A DNA stretch of 64,000 nt from an uncultured Bacteroidales bacterium (GTDB lineage Bacteria > Bacteroidota > Bacteroidia > Bacteroidales > JAIOZK01): positions 14,084 to 78,083 of the forward strand of contig CAYXUU010000029.1 in the NCBI GenBank assembly GCA_964468645.1. The letters run 5' to 3'. A program made the translations under genes and the position numbers. This document shows positions 41,435 to 51,994 of the stretch, in pieces (positions within the stretch are counted from its first letter, which is position 1; every line of letters starts with the position of its first letter). Below the pieces are notes generated by a model. That model was not told the DNA's origin. It made no database searches and saw nothing but the letters and a program-made list of their open reading frames with translations.

Positions 41435-43531
41435 TTATTTTGAGGTTAATTCACTTTCTGCGATTAATTCAGTCTTTCTTACAATTTGAACAAATTCTTT
41501 TCGATAATCATATGGATCATCACCAAGGTTGGCTTTTGCTCTAGAAATTACTTTTCCATAATCTGCTTTACCTTTAAATGCTGAGTTTCTGAGTAACATC
41601 CCGAATTCAGCTACAGCTGATATAAAATAAAAGTTATTGCTTGGGGTTGCATCAATTATCTCATCCTTAGCCAGGCTCTTTGTAATCAATGTACTCTTAT
41701 TATCATCAGGCTTCTTATACCTTAACTTCACCGTCATTATTTCATTGCTTGAATTTAATACCGTACGTTGATATTTAAGCGGATCGCTTATCCTGACCGT
41801 TTCATCCGTAATGCCAGGAATAATTTCATACAGGACTGTCACCGAATGTCCGCTACCTATTTCTCCCGCATCCCTTTTATCATCATTAAAATCCTTCGTC
41901 TCAAGCATGCGGTTTTCGTATCCTATCAAGCGATATGCCATAACATGCTCAGGATTAAACTCTACCTGTATCTTAACATCTTTGGCAATAGTTAATATTG
42001 TGCCCATCAATTCTTTCCGGAATACTTTTTCTGCCTCCATAATATTATCAATGTAAAAATAATTTCCATTTCCGGCATTTGTTATCTTCTCCATTTTTGA
42101 ATCCTTATAATTTCCAATTCCAAAACCCAGAACGGTCAGGTATATTCCCTGGTCTCGCATTGATTCAATCTGATTTACCAGGGCATCGTCACTGCTTACC
42201 CCTACATTAAAATCACCATCTGTAGCCAGTATGATCCTGTTGTTACCATGATGAACAAAGTTCTTTTTTGCGACACTGTAGGCCAGTTTTATACCTTCCC
42301 CTCCAGCTGTTGAACCTCCGGCTTCAAGCATATTGATCGCATCCAGGATTTTATTCCAGTGCTTACCTCTTGTTGGAGGAAGTACCTGTCCGGCCGCTCC
42401 GGCATAAACAACGACAGAGACCAGGTCATCATCACGTAACTCATTAACCAGCATCTTGAATGCTTTCTTTAACAGGGGCAGTTTATTCTGGCAATCCATA
42501 GAGCCCGACACATCAATGAGAAAAACCAAATTGGCAGGAGGTGCAAGCTCTCTTTTGATTTCCTTTCCTTTTATTCCCAACATCAGCAAATTATGGTTAG
42601 GATTCCACGGGCATGTACCCATCTCCATATTGATCGAAAAAGGATGCTCATCATCAGGGGCCTCATAATCATAACTGAAATAGTTGATAAGCTCTTCGAT
42701 CCTTACAGCATTTGGATCGGGAAGCATACTGTTGTTAACAAACCTTCTGATGTTAGCATATGAAGCTTTATCAACATCAATGGAAAATGTTGACAGGGGC
42801 TGGCTTAAAGGGCTTTCAAACTTGTTTTCAATAATCCTCGCATATTCCTCACCATCAAACATACCCGACGGTACATCAACAAGGTGCTTATTTTTCTTCT
42901 TTATTTTTCTTCCCTTTGCGGATTTTATATTTGGATTTAAGTTTCCAATAGTATAGCCAGGGAGGTCTGAGTTTCCGGAAATCCTTACCCCGTCAATGAA
43001 ATAGGCATTACGATCAGTTCTTGAACCTCTGACCTGACCTTTACTTTTATAACTTACAACACCACCAATAACCGATGTTACGCAACTGGAACTCCGGCAT
43101 GGAGTCTTTCTTATTTCTTCAGCGGTTACCGTGGACCCGGTGCATGTCATGTCTTTGCTTATCAGTGGAACTTTATAGGCTACCACTTCAAATGCATCCA
43201 GTAATTCAGCAGATGTGCCCAGTGAAATATTAACGATACGTGTACTGTCAATATAGATTTCAACATCCTTCTTGATTTTTGTATAATACCCTACATAACT
43301 TACAATTAAATTATATTTACCCGGGGGTAAGGATTTAAAGATATAATTGCCTTCAAAATCGCTGGTAATACCATCAACAAAAATCCCTTCCAGTTCTATA
43401 TAAACAGATGCAAATGGGATAGGTTCCGTGCTTAAAGAATCTGTAATCCTTCCTTTCAGTATTGCTGACTGCCCGCAAAGATTTACTGAAATCAAACTTA
43501 ATAGGTATAGTAAAAGAAATGATTTTTTCAT
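41435..43531 (-). CDS. vWA-domain protein (YfbK-like: CarbopepD_reg-like N-terminal domain, von Willebrand A, DUF3520-like C-terminus)
   Basis: It has a signal peptide and the vWA MIDAS motif LVFLIDVSGSMD...GGSTAGGEGI. Confidence 0.75.
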   Translation of the reverse strand: MKKSFLLLYLLSLISVNLCGQSAILKGRITDSLSTEPIPFASVYIELEGIFVDGITSDFEGNYIFKSLPPGKYNLIVSYVGYYTKIKKDVEIYIDSTRIVNISLGTSAELLDAFEVVAYKVPLISKDMTCTGSTVTAEEIRKTPCRSSSCVTSVIGGVVSYKSKGQVRGSRTDRNAYFIDGVRISGNSDLPGYTIGNLNPNIKSAKGRKIKKKNKHLVDVPSGMFDGEEYARIIENKFESPLSQPLSTFSIDVDKASYANIRRFVNNSMLPDPNAVRIEELINYFSYDYEAPDDEHPFSINMEMGTCPWNPNHNLLMLGIKGKEIKRELAPPANLVFLIDVSGSMDCQNKLPLLKKAFKMLVNELRDDDLVSVVVYAGAAGQVLPPTRGKHWNKILDAINMLEAGGSTAGGEGIKLAYSVAKKNFVHHGNNRIILATDGDFNVGVSSDDALVNQIESMRDQGIYLTVLGFGIGNYKDSKMEKITNAGNGNYFYIDNIMEAEKVFRKELMGTILTIAKDVKIQVEFNPEHVMAYRLIGYENRMLETKDFNDDKRDAGEIGSGHSVTVLYEIIPGITDETVRISDPLKYQRTVLNSSNEIMTVKLRYKKPDDNKSTLITKSLAKDEIIDATPSNNFYFISAVAEFGMLLRNSAFKGKADYGKVISRAKANLGDDPYDYRKEFVQIVRKTELIAESELTSK

Positions 43532-43655
43532 GGTTGATCCTCCTGTTTTTGGGTTAATAGCTATCCAGATCTTAATAAAATTAAGACGAATTGAAGGATA
43601 AAAAAACAGGCAATCAGAATACGGTTGTGTGGTGTGAGTATTAGGTCGTAATAAA

Positions 43656-44324
43656 TCAGTTTGCGGACGTATCGACTGCTTTATTAATAAAATGATTGAA
43701 TGGAAGCATTGCCCTGAATACAGGCACTATATAATCAATCAGGTTTTCGTTCAGGATCACTTCATCGGGCAATTTATGAGCCACATAATAGTCTTTAAAC
43801 TTCAATAAATCAATATCCTCAAATTCTTTCGAAAAATCTTTTGGTGGCCTTGAAAGCTTACTACCAAGCACTTCCCCGAAATATTTAACAAACTCCTTTT
43901 TGTTAATAATCTCTTTATAGGCTGTTGTATTATAATAGATCTCAGACCTGACAGCTTTCAGTGCGGGTGCAGGTGGCATATAGATGCCTCCGCCTAGAAA
44001 TGATTCACCTGGTTCAAGGTGAATATAATACCCTGCATAGCTTCCTTTTCGCCCACCTTTTGCAATAAATGCACCAAAATTTGTTTTATAAGGTGATTTA
44101 TCCTTAGAAAAACGAACATCCCGGTAGATCCTGAAAACACATTCTTTTGGATTCAACATCCCAATCCCCGGATCAAATTTCCTGATGGCAGGAATCACAA
44201 GGTTTAAAAAATCTTCGAAAAGCTGAACTCCCTGTTTATACCTGGGCTTATTCCCCTGAAACCATTCCCTGTTGTTATTTTGTTTCAGCTCACTTAAGAA
44301 TTTTACGATTAATGAAAGTTCCAT
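43656..44324 (-). CDS. DUF2461/TIGR02453-family protein
   Basis: The motifs NNREWFQGNKPRY, FRIYRDVRFSKDKSPYK and GYYIHLEPGESFLGGGIY are characteristic of this family. Confidence 0.75.
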   Translation of the reverse strand: MELSLIVKFLSELKQNNNREWFQGNKPRYKQGVQLFEDFLNLVIPAIRKFDPGIGMLNPKECVFRIYRDVRFSKDKSPYKTNFGAFIAKGGRKGSYAGYYIHLEPGESFLGGGIYMPPAPALKAVRSEIYYNTTAYKEIINKKEFVKYFGEVLGSKLSRPPKDFSKEFEDIDLLKFKDYYVAHKLPDEVILNENLIDYIVPVFRAMLPFNHFINKAVDTSAN

Positions 44325-45579
44325 AACTAAATATTTAAATTACACCGTCAAATTTATTAAAATTGTACTTTATAAAACAGAAAACCCGGGATTGAGTTTG
44401 CAAAAAAATATTCTTTTAAAGTTTACCTTGCTTCTGGCAAGCAGTATGACTGTTATGGCAGGTGCTACCATCGCCCCCGCCCTGCCGGAGATACGTGATG
44501 TTTTTTCAGATATTCCCAATGCCTTATTGATCACCAAGCTGGTACTTACCATGCCCGCGATATTTATTGCGATCCTCGCACCAATTGCCGGTTATATCAT
44601 CGATACATTTGGAAGAAAACACCTGCTTGTATGTTGTTCGCTCCTTTACCTGGTAAGTGGTTCTGCAGGATTGTTTCTCAACAATATTTACTGGATTCTT
44701 GTCAGTAGGGCAATACTCGGGATAGCAGTTGCCGGAATTATGACAACAACAACAACCCTTATCGCAGATTATTTTACCGGGAATGAACGGAGGAGGTTTA
44801 TGGGATTCCAGGGGGCATTTATGTCATTTGGTGGCGTGGTATTCATTAGCATTGGTGGAATACTTGCAGATATCGGATGGCGGATCCCGTTTGCGGTTTA
44901 TACCCTGGCTACCATACTGTTCATCTTTACAATGCTGTTTATTTATGAACCGGTGCTCAGGAAGAATCAGGAGGATTCAAAGCCTGCCAGGAAAAAAATT
45001 AAATGGAAACTGCAAACTATCCCAATAATTTATATTGTGGCATTTCTTGGGTTTGTTTTCTTTTTTATGATTATCGTGCAAATGCCCTTTGTTCTGGAAC
45101 ATTTGCTAAAGATCAGTAATACCATGATTGGCATTACCATCAGTGTTTCTATATTAACCGGCGCTGTTATAGCCCTGTTCTATTCAAATATCAAAAAACA
45201 CCTGTCTTTCCCATTAATTTACACCCTCACTTTCTTTTTAATGGGTTCGGGATTTATCATCATCTGTCTGTCAAATTCATATTCTCTTATACTCATCGGC
45301 CTGATATTACAGGGCGCAGGAACCGGAATGATGATGCCAAATTCAAATCTATGGCTGGTCACCCTGGCACCCGAATTGAAAAGGGGGAGAATTGTTGGAT
45401 TACTTTCAACAGCAGTTTATCTCGGACAATTTTTATCCCCCATGATTTTTGAGCCTATCAGCAGATTAATATCCATGCAGAATACATTTGGGACAGCAGG
45501 GGTATTTATGCTCCTGATGTCTGCCAGCTTTGTAGTGCTGCATTACCGGCAGATCAAAAGTGATGGGATTACCACTTAA
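44272..45579 (+). CDS. MFS transporter
   Basis: It has 12 TM segments and an MFS loop motif (GYIIDTFGRKHLL). The annotated start is TTG and overlaps the divergent DUF2461 gene, so the true start is probably downstream, near 44390. Confidence 0.75.
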   Translation: MLFCFSSLKNFTINESSITKYLNYTVKFIKIVLYKTENPGLSLQKNILLKFTLLLASSMTVMAGATIAPALPEIRDVFSDIPNALLITKLVLTMPAIFIAILAPIAGYIIDTFGRKHLLVCCSLLYLVSGSAGLFLNNIYWILVSRAILGIAVAGIMTTTTTLIADYFTGNERRRFMGFQGAFMSFGGVVFISIGGILADIGWRIPFAVYTLATILFIFTMLFIYEPVLRKNQEDSKPARKKIKWKLQTIPIIYIVAFLGFVFFFMIIVQMPFVLEHLLKISNTMIGITISVSILTGAVIALFYSNIKKHLSFPLIYTLTFFLMGSGFIIICLSNSYSLILIGLILQGAGTGMMMPNSNLWLVTLAPELKRGRIVGLLSTAVYLGQFLSPMIFEPISRLISMQNTFGTAGVFMLLMSASFVVLHYRQIKSDGITT

Positions 45580-45698
45580 GGCTTAATATACAATCACCTC
45601 TATTTCTTTTTCCATCCGAGTTAATATTTTTAATAATTTCTTCATTTAAGAAGGGACAAATCCTACCTGAAAAGTATTAATAGTAAAACCTTTTTACC

Positions 45699-46556
45699 AT
45701 GAATGAGATAAGAATTCCATGTCCATACATCAGTCAAACAAGACATGTAACCACTGTAATAATACTGATTCTTCTTTCAACTAAATTATACCCCGCAAAT
45801 GGAAACTTCACCGGTGGAGCCAGGTCATCTGGTATGGCAACTGTAACGGTAGTCTGTTCTGGCCTGTGGTCATTAACAGGCAACCAGGCCGGGCTGGCTT
45901 ACCTCCAACATCCGTTAATTGGCATATCCTATAATAACAGGTTCCTCCTTAATGAGCTCAGCACAAAAGCTATCGGGTTCGTATATCCATCAAGATTCGG
46001 AGCCATTGGATTAAGTTTCGATCATTATGGATATTCAAGCTATAATGAAAGTAAAATCGGTCTTGCATATGCAGGTAAACTCGGAAAACATCTGGCTGTT
46101 GGTATTAACCTCGATTATATGCGAACCGCTATCGGTAATGATTACGGAGCAATGGATGTGGTTACCTTTGAATTAGGGTTAATCGCAAAAATTGCCGAAA
46201 ACTTTCGGATCGGCACACATGTCTTTAATCCCATACAGGCCCGTATTGCTGATAATAGTAATGAGAAAATTCCATCAATTTACCAGTTGGGTTTATCCTT
46301 CAACTTCTCTTCCCAGCTAATTACATTTATTGAAGCTGAAAAAAACAGCCTGTATCCACTTAATGTTAAGGTAGGACTGGAATATAACATCAAAGATCTA
46401 TTCTATCTGAGAACAGGTGTAACAACTAATCCAGTAAAAATGTCAATGGGGTTTGGCTTGATCCTGAAAAGATTTTTCATTGATATCGCCAGTACTTACC
46501 ATACTGTCCTTGGTTTTTCACCCTGTATTTCATTAACATATCAGCTCAAGAAATGA
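45699..46556 (+). CDS. putative small outer-membrane beta-barrel protein
   Basis: It has a hydrophobic N-terminus and alternating beta-strand patterns. ATGA overlap joins it to the downstream HhH/beta-barrel gene. Confidence 0.5.
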   Translation: MNEIRIPCPYISQTRHVTTVIILILLSTKLYPANGNFTGGARSSGMATVTVVCSGLWSLTGNQAGLAYLQHPLIGISYNNRFLLNELSTKAIGFVYPSRFGAIGLSFDHYGYSSYNESKIGLAYAGKLGKHLAVGINLDYMRTAIGNDYGAMDVVTFELGLIAKIAENFRIGTHVFNPIQARIADNSNEKIPSIYQLGLSFNFSSQLITFIEAEKNSLYPLNVKVGLEYNIKDLFYLRTGVTTNPVKMSMGFGLILKRFFIDIASTYHTVLGFSPCISLTYQLKK

Positions 46557-48685
46557 ATCATCGTGTTTTATACGTATGGACTGTATTATGCTGTAGCATT
46601 TCTTTTCCCGGCACAGCACAGAATACAGAATCAATAAATTCAATCGGGATGAACTATCTGACTGATATTGCAGAATCTATTGCTGAACAAACTGAAAATG
46701 AACCGGACCTGGCAGAACTGGTAGATGATCTTTTGTTTCTTGCCGAGCATCCTGTAAATCTTAACAGTGATGATATTTACGAGCTGAAAAGACTTCACCT
46801 CCTGAATGATGTCCAGATAAACAGTCTTTTAATGTATAAACGAAAATACGGTAACCTTGTTTCTGTTTATGAGCTACAGGCCATTGATGGATTTGACAAA
46901 GCTGTCCTGGAAAATATTATTCCTTTTATAACAGCGAAGCCAGTTGAGGAATCGTTTGCTGATACCTCCCGATCATTCTTTCAAAATACCAGGCATAAAA
47001 TCATAATGCGATACTCCCGGATACTTGAAGATCAAAAAGGTTATTTAAGAAACGATAGTCTATGGGGATACAACCCCAATAAATATTATCTCGGCAGCCC
47101 GGAGAAATTATATCTGAGGTATTCATGCAGTTACAGTAATAAAATAAGATTCGGGTTTATTGCCGAAAAAGATGCCGGGGAGGTTTTCGTTGCAAACAAC
47201 ATCCCGGATACCATAACAACCATCCTGGACAATAAACTTAAAAAGGGATTTGATTTTTATAGTGTTTACCTTTCTGTTCACCAGTTTAAATTTATAAAGA
47301 CGATGGTTATCGGGGACTATCATCTTCAGTTCGGGCAGGGTTTAACACTCTGGAGCGGGTTTGGTTTTGGAAAGTCGCCTGATGCCATAACGCTCAAAAA
47401 ATACCCCGCAGGGATCAAGCCCAACACCTCATCCAACGAATGCCTTTCTTTTCGTGGAGCCGGGACAACGCTCCAATTCAGAAAGTTGGAGCTTAGTATG
47501 TTTTATTCGCAGAATGCGCTGGATGCCAATGTCACGGCATGGGACAGCATCCATAGTGAAGTTATTGAAGTAAGTACCCTGCAGGAAAGTGGACTTCACA
47601 GAACAGTTAACGAGCTTCTTGACAAAAACATCCTTAAAAGGCAAGTATTTGGTGGCAACCTGAGTTTCAGGTCATCAACTTTCAACATTGGTGTTACTGC
47701 CCTGAATACATCTTATAAAGCTAATATCATACCCAATGACAAACCATACAACCTTTTCGCTTTTAGTGGCAGAAGGATGATTAACCTCGGTTTGGATTTT
47801 AACCTGTTAATAAAGAGATTCAATGTTTTTGGCGAGATAGCATTCAATAATTATGGTGGTATGGGTGTATTGATAGGATCAGTAATCAATATGAATTCAC
47901 TGTTTGACCTTGCGGTTTTATACAGGAATTATGGAAATAAATACTACAGTCATTTTTCGGTTGCATTTTCAGAAAACACCATAAACACCAATGAAGAAGG
48001 ATTTTACCTGGGCATCCATACAAGTCTTTTTTCCGGTTTAGGCCTATCAGCTTATCTTGATATTTTCAGGTTTCCCTGGTTGAAATACCAGATTGATGGT
48101 CCTTCTTATGGCAAAGAAGGATTTGTGCAATTGCATTATAATCCAGGAAAGGATTTCAACTTGTATTTCAGGTTCAGATACAAAAACAAGCAAAAGAATT
48201 GCCATGATGCCGGGGATTTTGTAAATGAGCTTATTCATTATCGCAAATATGGATTCCGTTTTCAAATTGAATACCATCTGTTTGAACACCTGATCCTGAA
48301 AAACAGGGTAGAAAGCATGTATTATAAAAATGGGTACTCAAATAAAGATCAGGGTTACCTGCTGTATCAGGATATTCAGTATCACTTCAGTAAGCCTGGT
48401 ATCAGGTTGTACTTCAGGTATGCGTTATTCGATACTGACAATTGGAGCTCGAGAATATATGCCTATGAAAATGATGTGCTTTATGCCTTTACCATCCCGG
48501 CATATTATGATAAAGGGACGAGGATATATATTATGATAAAGTGGTCACCTATCCGAAAACTGAATATCTGGGTTAGGATATCAAGAACGATTTATGATAA
48601 TAAGAAATGTGTTGGTTCAGGTTTGAATGAAATTGATGGAAACACAAGCTCAGAAATTAAGTTGCAAGCACAATATAAATTTTAA
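46553..48685 (+). CDS. outer-membrane beta-barrel protein with an N-terminal ComEA-like helix-hairpin-helix (HhH) DNA-binding domain
   Basis: A signal peptide is followed by VNLNSDDIYELKRLHLLNDVQINSLLMYKRKYGNLVSVYELQAIDGFDKAVLENIIPFIT, which matches the ComEA HhH pattern (NlN.a...eL..l.gi....A..I..yR...G.f.sv.eL..v.G.....le.i.pfit). About 580 aa of beta-barrel-type sequence follow, ending ...KLQAQYKF. Confidence 0.65.
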   Translation: MNHRVLYVWTVLCCSISFPGTAQNTESINSIGMNYLTDIAESIAEQTENEPDLAELVDDLLFLAEHPVNLNSDDIYELKRLHLLNDVQINSLLMYKRKYGNLVSVYELQAIDGFDKAVLENIIPFITAKPVEESFADTSRSFFQNTRHKIIMRYSRILEDQKGYLRNDSLWGYNPNKYYLGSPEKLYLRYSCSYSNKIRFGFIAEKDAGEVFVANNIPDTITTILDNKLKKGFDFYSVYLSVHQFKFIKTMVIGDYHLQFGQGLTLWSGFGFGKSPDAITLKKYPAGIKPNTSSNECLSFRGAGTTLQFRKLELSMFYSQNALDANVTAWDSIHSEVIEVSTLQESGLHRTVNELLDKNILKRQVFGGNLSFRSSTFNIGVTALNTSYKANIIPNDKPYNLFAFSGRRMINLGLDFNLLIKRFNVFGEIAFNNYGGMGVLIGSVINMNSLFDLAVLYRNYGNKYYSHFSVAFSENTINTNEEGFYLGIHTSLFSGLGLSAYLDIFRFPWLKYQIDGPSYGKEGFVQLHYNPGKDFNLYFRFRYKNKQKNCHDAGDFVNELIHYRKYGFRFQIEYHLFEHLILKNRVESMYYKNGYSNKDQGYLLYQDIQYHFSKPGIRLYFRYALFDTDNWSSRIYAYENDVLYAFTIPAYYDKGTRIYIMIKWSPIRKLNIWVRISRTIYDNKKCVGSGLNEIDGNTSSEIKLQAQYKF

Positions 48686-48754
48686 GATTTTTATAGGCTT
48701 AATACATATATTTCTTAACTTGAGCTCCTGTTTTTAACTTAAAATATAAGTATC

Positions 48755-49417
48755 ATGTTAGAATGGTGGGAATCCTTAGCGACATTTGAAAAAATATTCT
48801 GGTATATTGCTATCCCTTTTTCGGTAATTCTATTAATACAAATTATCCTTACATTTGTTGGCATCAGCGGTAGTTCAGATGATTTTGACACTCATATGCC
48901 CGATTCCACTGATATCGATCTGGATACAGATGTTACAGCAGAATCCGAGTTTCATGATGGTGGTATTCATCATGATGGAATAGAAGTGACAGATCATGGT
49001 GGTTTACCCTTTGCAGTATTTACATTCAGGAATTTCATTGCTTTCTTTACCGTATTTGGTTGGGCCGGAATTACAGGTATCCATGCAGATTTCCCTACAT
49101 TCTGGACCATAGTATTTGCAACAGTACTTGGAATTGGAATGATGTTTTTGATCTCGCTTCTCTTTTACAGCATTGGAAAACTTGTTGAGAGTGGCAATAT
49201 GGACATTCATAATGCAATCAACCAGGTTGGGAATGTATATATTCCAATTAAAGCTAATAGAGGTAATATTGGCAAGATACAGGTGAACATCCAGGATTCT
49301 CTCAGGGAAATGCGGGCGATAACAAAACAGGATGAAGATCTGCCAACGGGAACGGTTATTAAAGTTATCGGTATCGTAAGTGGGAACATCCTCGTTGTAA
49401 AAAAGTTCAGTGAATAA
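48755..49417 (+). CDS. NfeD-like membrane protein (YqiJ-like partner of flotillin)
   Basis: It has TM helices, an acidic linker (DDFDTHMPDSTDIDLDTD) and a C-terminal OB-fold-like beta domain. It sits immediately upstream of a flotillin gene. Confidence 0.6.
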   Translation: MLEWWESLATFEKIFWYIAIPFSVILLIQIILTFVGISGSSDDFDTHMPDSTDIDLDTDVTAESEFHDGGIHHDGIEVTDHGGLPFAVFTFRNFIAFFTVFGWAGITGIHADFPTFWTIVFATVLGIGMMFLISLLFYSIGKLVESGNMDIHNAINQVGNVYIPIKANRGNIGKIQVNIQDSLREMRAITKQDEDLPTGTVIKVIGIVSGNILVVKKFSE

Positions 49418-49443
49418 AGTAACAACCAATATATTATTAAATT

Positions 49444-50901
49444 ATGTATAGTTTAACCTTAGTTATTGTTATTGTAGTAATTGTTTTTATTACAATTCTG
49501 GCGCTCTTCACAAGATATAAACGATGTCCTTCTGACAAAATTCTTGTTATTTACGGAAAGACAGGCAAAACCAAAACAGGAGTCTCCAGGTCTGCCAAAA
49601 CGATTCATGGTGGGGCCGCTTTTATTTGGCCACTAATTCAGAATTATGCCTTTCTCGATCTTACACCTATATCACTTGAAGTTAATCTTACCAATGCACT
49701 GTCAAGGCAAAATATTCGTATTGATGTGCCCTCAAGATTTACTGTTGGTATTTCTACAGAAGTCGGCGTTATGACCAATGCGGCTGAGCGTTTGCTGGGG
49801 CTTGATATGACTCACATACAGGAACTTGCCAAAGATATTATTTTCGGACAGTTAAGGCTGGTTGTCGCAACCATGGATATCGAAGAAATTAATACCGACA
49901 GGGATAAATTCCTGGCCAATGTTTCTCAGAACGTTGAAGCTGAACTACAAAAAATAGGTTTAAAGCTCATTAATGTTAATGTCACTGATATTCGTGACGA
50001 ATCACAGTATATTGAAGCACTCGGTAAAGAAGCAGCTGCCAAGGCCATTAATGATGCCAAAAAATCGGTTGCGGAAAAGAACAGGGATGGATCTATTGGT
50101 GAAGCAAATGCACTTCAGCAGGAAAGAATTATGGTTGCAGATGCAAATTCAAAAGCAGTCGATGGGGAAAATACGGCACAAATTACCATAGCCCAATCCA
50201 ATGCAAACAGAAGAGAAAAGGAAGCCGAAGCAGAAAGACTGGCAATGGCAGCTGAAAAAGTACAGAACGCAAAGGCCCTGGCCGAAGCCTATGAAGCAGA
50301 AAAAAATGCGGAAGATGTCAGAGCTACCAGGGTAAAATCAACACAAACCGCAGATATCGTTGTGCCTGCTGAAATTGAAAAAAGCAAAGTTGAAATTGAC
50401 TCTGAAGCCATTGCTGAACAAAAAAGAAGAATTGCCAAAGGTGAAGCCGATGCTATCGTTGCAAAAAAAATGGCCGAAGCAAAAGGTATTTATGAAGTAC
50501 TGACCAAACAGGCAGAAGGATTTACTGAACTGGTAAAGGCAGCTGATCAAAACTCAAGGGATGCTGTACTGCTGATGATAGCTGATAAACTACCCGAATT
50601 GGTTAAGACCCAGGTTGAAGCGATTAAGAACCTAAAGATAGATAAAATTACTGTCTGGGACTCACAGGCCGGTGAAGGCAAATCACCTACTACAGCAAAC
50701 TTCCTTTCCGGAATGTTTAAATCTATACCCCCACTTGACGAGTTATTTAAGATGGCAGGGATAGAACTACCGGATTATCTGAAAGGAAAAAATGCGGGCG
50801 AGGTTGAAGGAAAGATCCAGGCATCAAATGAATCTGACACTGAAGACAAAAATGATAATAAAGTTGATGGTATTGAGGATATTGAGAAAAGTGGGGAATA
50901 G
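49444..50901 (+). CDS. flotillin-family SPFH (band 7) protein (YqiK/FloT-like)
   Basis: An N-terminal TM helix is followed by an SPFH domain and a long A/E/K-rich coiled-coil 'flotillin' region. Confidence 0.8.
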   Translation: MYSLTLVIVIVVIVFITILALFTRYKRCPSDKILVIYGKTGKTKTGVSRSAKTIHGGAAFIWPLIQNYAFLDLTPISLEVNLTNALSRQNIRIDVPSRFTVGISTEVGVMTNAAERLLGLDMTHIQELAKDIIFGQLRLVVATMDIEEINTDRDKFLANVSQNVEAELQKIGLKLINVNVTDIRDESQYIEALGKEAAAKAINDAKKSVAEKNRDGSIGEANALQQERIMVADANSKAVDGENTAQITIAQSNANRREKEAEAERLAMAAEKVQNAKALAEAYEAEKNAEDVRATRVKSTQTADIVVPAEIEKSKVEIDSEAIAEQKRRIAKGEADAIVAKKMAEAKGIYEVLTKQAEGFTELVKAADQNSRDAVLLMIADKLPELVKTQVEAIKNLKIDKITVWDSQAGEGKSPTTANFLSGMFKSIPPLDELFKMAGIELPDYLKGKNAGEVEGKIQASNESDTEDKNDNKVDGIEDIEKSGE

Positions 50902-50921
50902 TAAGAATAATAATCAGACAT

Positions 50922-51857
50922 CTAATACATTTTCCCCCGTTTGACAAGATAGGGTACCAATATCTGTTCAAAGCCTTTATTGATATCAGCCTCAATAAAA
51001 TCGATTTGATATTGTGCACAACGAAGAATGATCTCCTTTTTATAGTCTGCGATCAGCCGGGTATAATTATCACGGACTTCCAGGGGGTTCAGTTTTATTT
51101 CTTCTCCGGTTTCCATATCAATAAAACGGTGCGGGCGATTTGAATATTCAAATTCCTCTTCCCTGCTTTTATCCGTTACATGAAACAATACCACTTCATG
51201 TTTGTTGTGTTTCAGATGCTGAAGTGCTGAAAATATGGCTTCCGGATCATGCCTGTTCTCAAACATATCGGTCATTATAACGACCAGCGAACGCCTGTGG
51301 ATCTTTTCAGCTATGAGATGCAAAGATTCTGCCGTAGATGTTTTTCTTCTGGAACTTAATGAAGCCAGCTCCAACATTTTCTCAAGCTCAATAAAGAGGT
51401 TTTTATAATGTATGGTACTTGAGCGCACAGGTGTAGATTGTTCAATGAATTCTGCGAACACCTGCAATCCCACAGCATCACGCTGTTTTTTCATCATAAA
51501 GATAAGCGCGGCAGCTGCATAAATTGAAAAAACGACTTTGTTTAGGTGTTCCGGGGAAGGGTGTTTGATAACAGGAAAATGCATTGATGATGAGTTATCA
51601 ATAACAAGCTGACATCTCAGGTTGGTTTCCTCTTCGTATCGTTTCACATACAATCGATCCGTTCTTCCGTATAATTTCCAATCTATATTCTTAATGCTCT
51701 CCCCGGTATTATACAGCCTGTGTTCCGCAAATTCAACCGAGAATCCATGAAAAGGGCTTTTATGTAATCCGGTAATAAAGCCTTCCACAACCTGCCTGGC
51801 AATGAATTCCAGCGATGTAAACTGTTGTAATTGGCTCTGGTCGATTATTGAAGGCAT
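50922..51857 (-). CDS. DUF58-family protein (vWA-like, usually partnered with MoxR ATPases)
   Basis: The motifs GLHKSPFHGFSVEFAEHRLYNTGESIKNIDWKLYGRTDRLYVKRYEEE match the DUF58 signature. Confidence 0.75.
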   Translation of the reverse strand: MPSIIDQSQLQQFTSLEFIARQVVEGFITGLHKSPFHGFSVEFAEHRLYNTGESIKNIDWKLYGRTDRLYVKRYEEETNLRCQLVIDNSSSMHFPVIKHPSPEHLNKVVFSIYAAAALIFMMKKQRDAVGLQVFAEFIEQSTPVRSSTIHYKNLFIELEKMLELASLSSRRKTSTAESLHLIAEKIHRRSLVVIMTDMFENRHDPEAIFSALQHLKHNKHEVVLFHVTDKSREEEFEYSNRPHRFIDMETGEEIKLNPLEVRDNYTRLIADYKKEIILRCAQYQIDFIEADINKGFEQILVPYLVKRGKMY

Positions 51858-51907
51858 AACACTGGCTGATGTGTAAAATAAAACGGCGTGTAAAGATTAA
51901 TATTATA

Positions 51908-51935
51908 TTATTCCGTCATCAGGTGTCCGGAATAA
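51908..51935 (-). terminator. candidate intrinsic terminator hairpin downstream of trxA (ttattccg-N12-cggaataa)
   Basis: An 8-bp perfect stem lies between trxA and the DUF58 gene, with an A/T-rich flank. Confidence 0.3.
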
Positions 51936-51994
51936 AAAACATAACTGATCCGGTTTCAGTTCAGCTATATCAGGCTAATATTCTGAGCGTATAA

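Noticed and set aside
45699-46556. PorP/SprF-family T9SS membrane protein assignment for the 285-aa barrel
   Set aside because: It lacks the hallmark N-terminal QDPQ(F/Y)(S/T)QY motif I associate with PorP/SprF, so I kept it as a generic OM beta-barrel.
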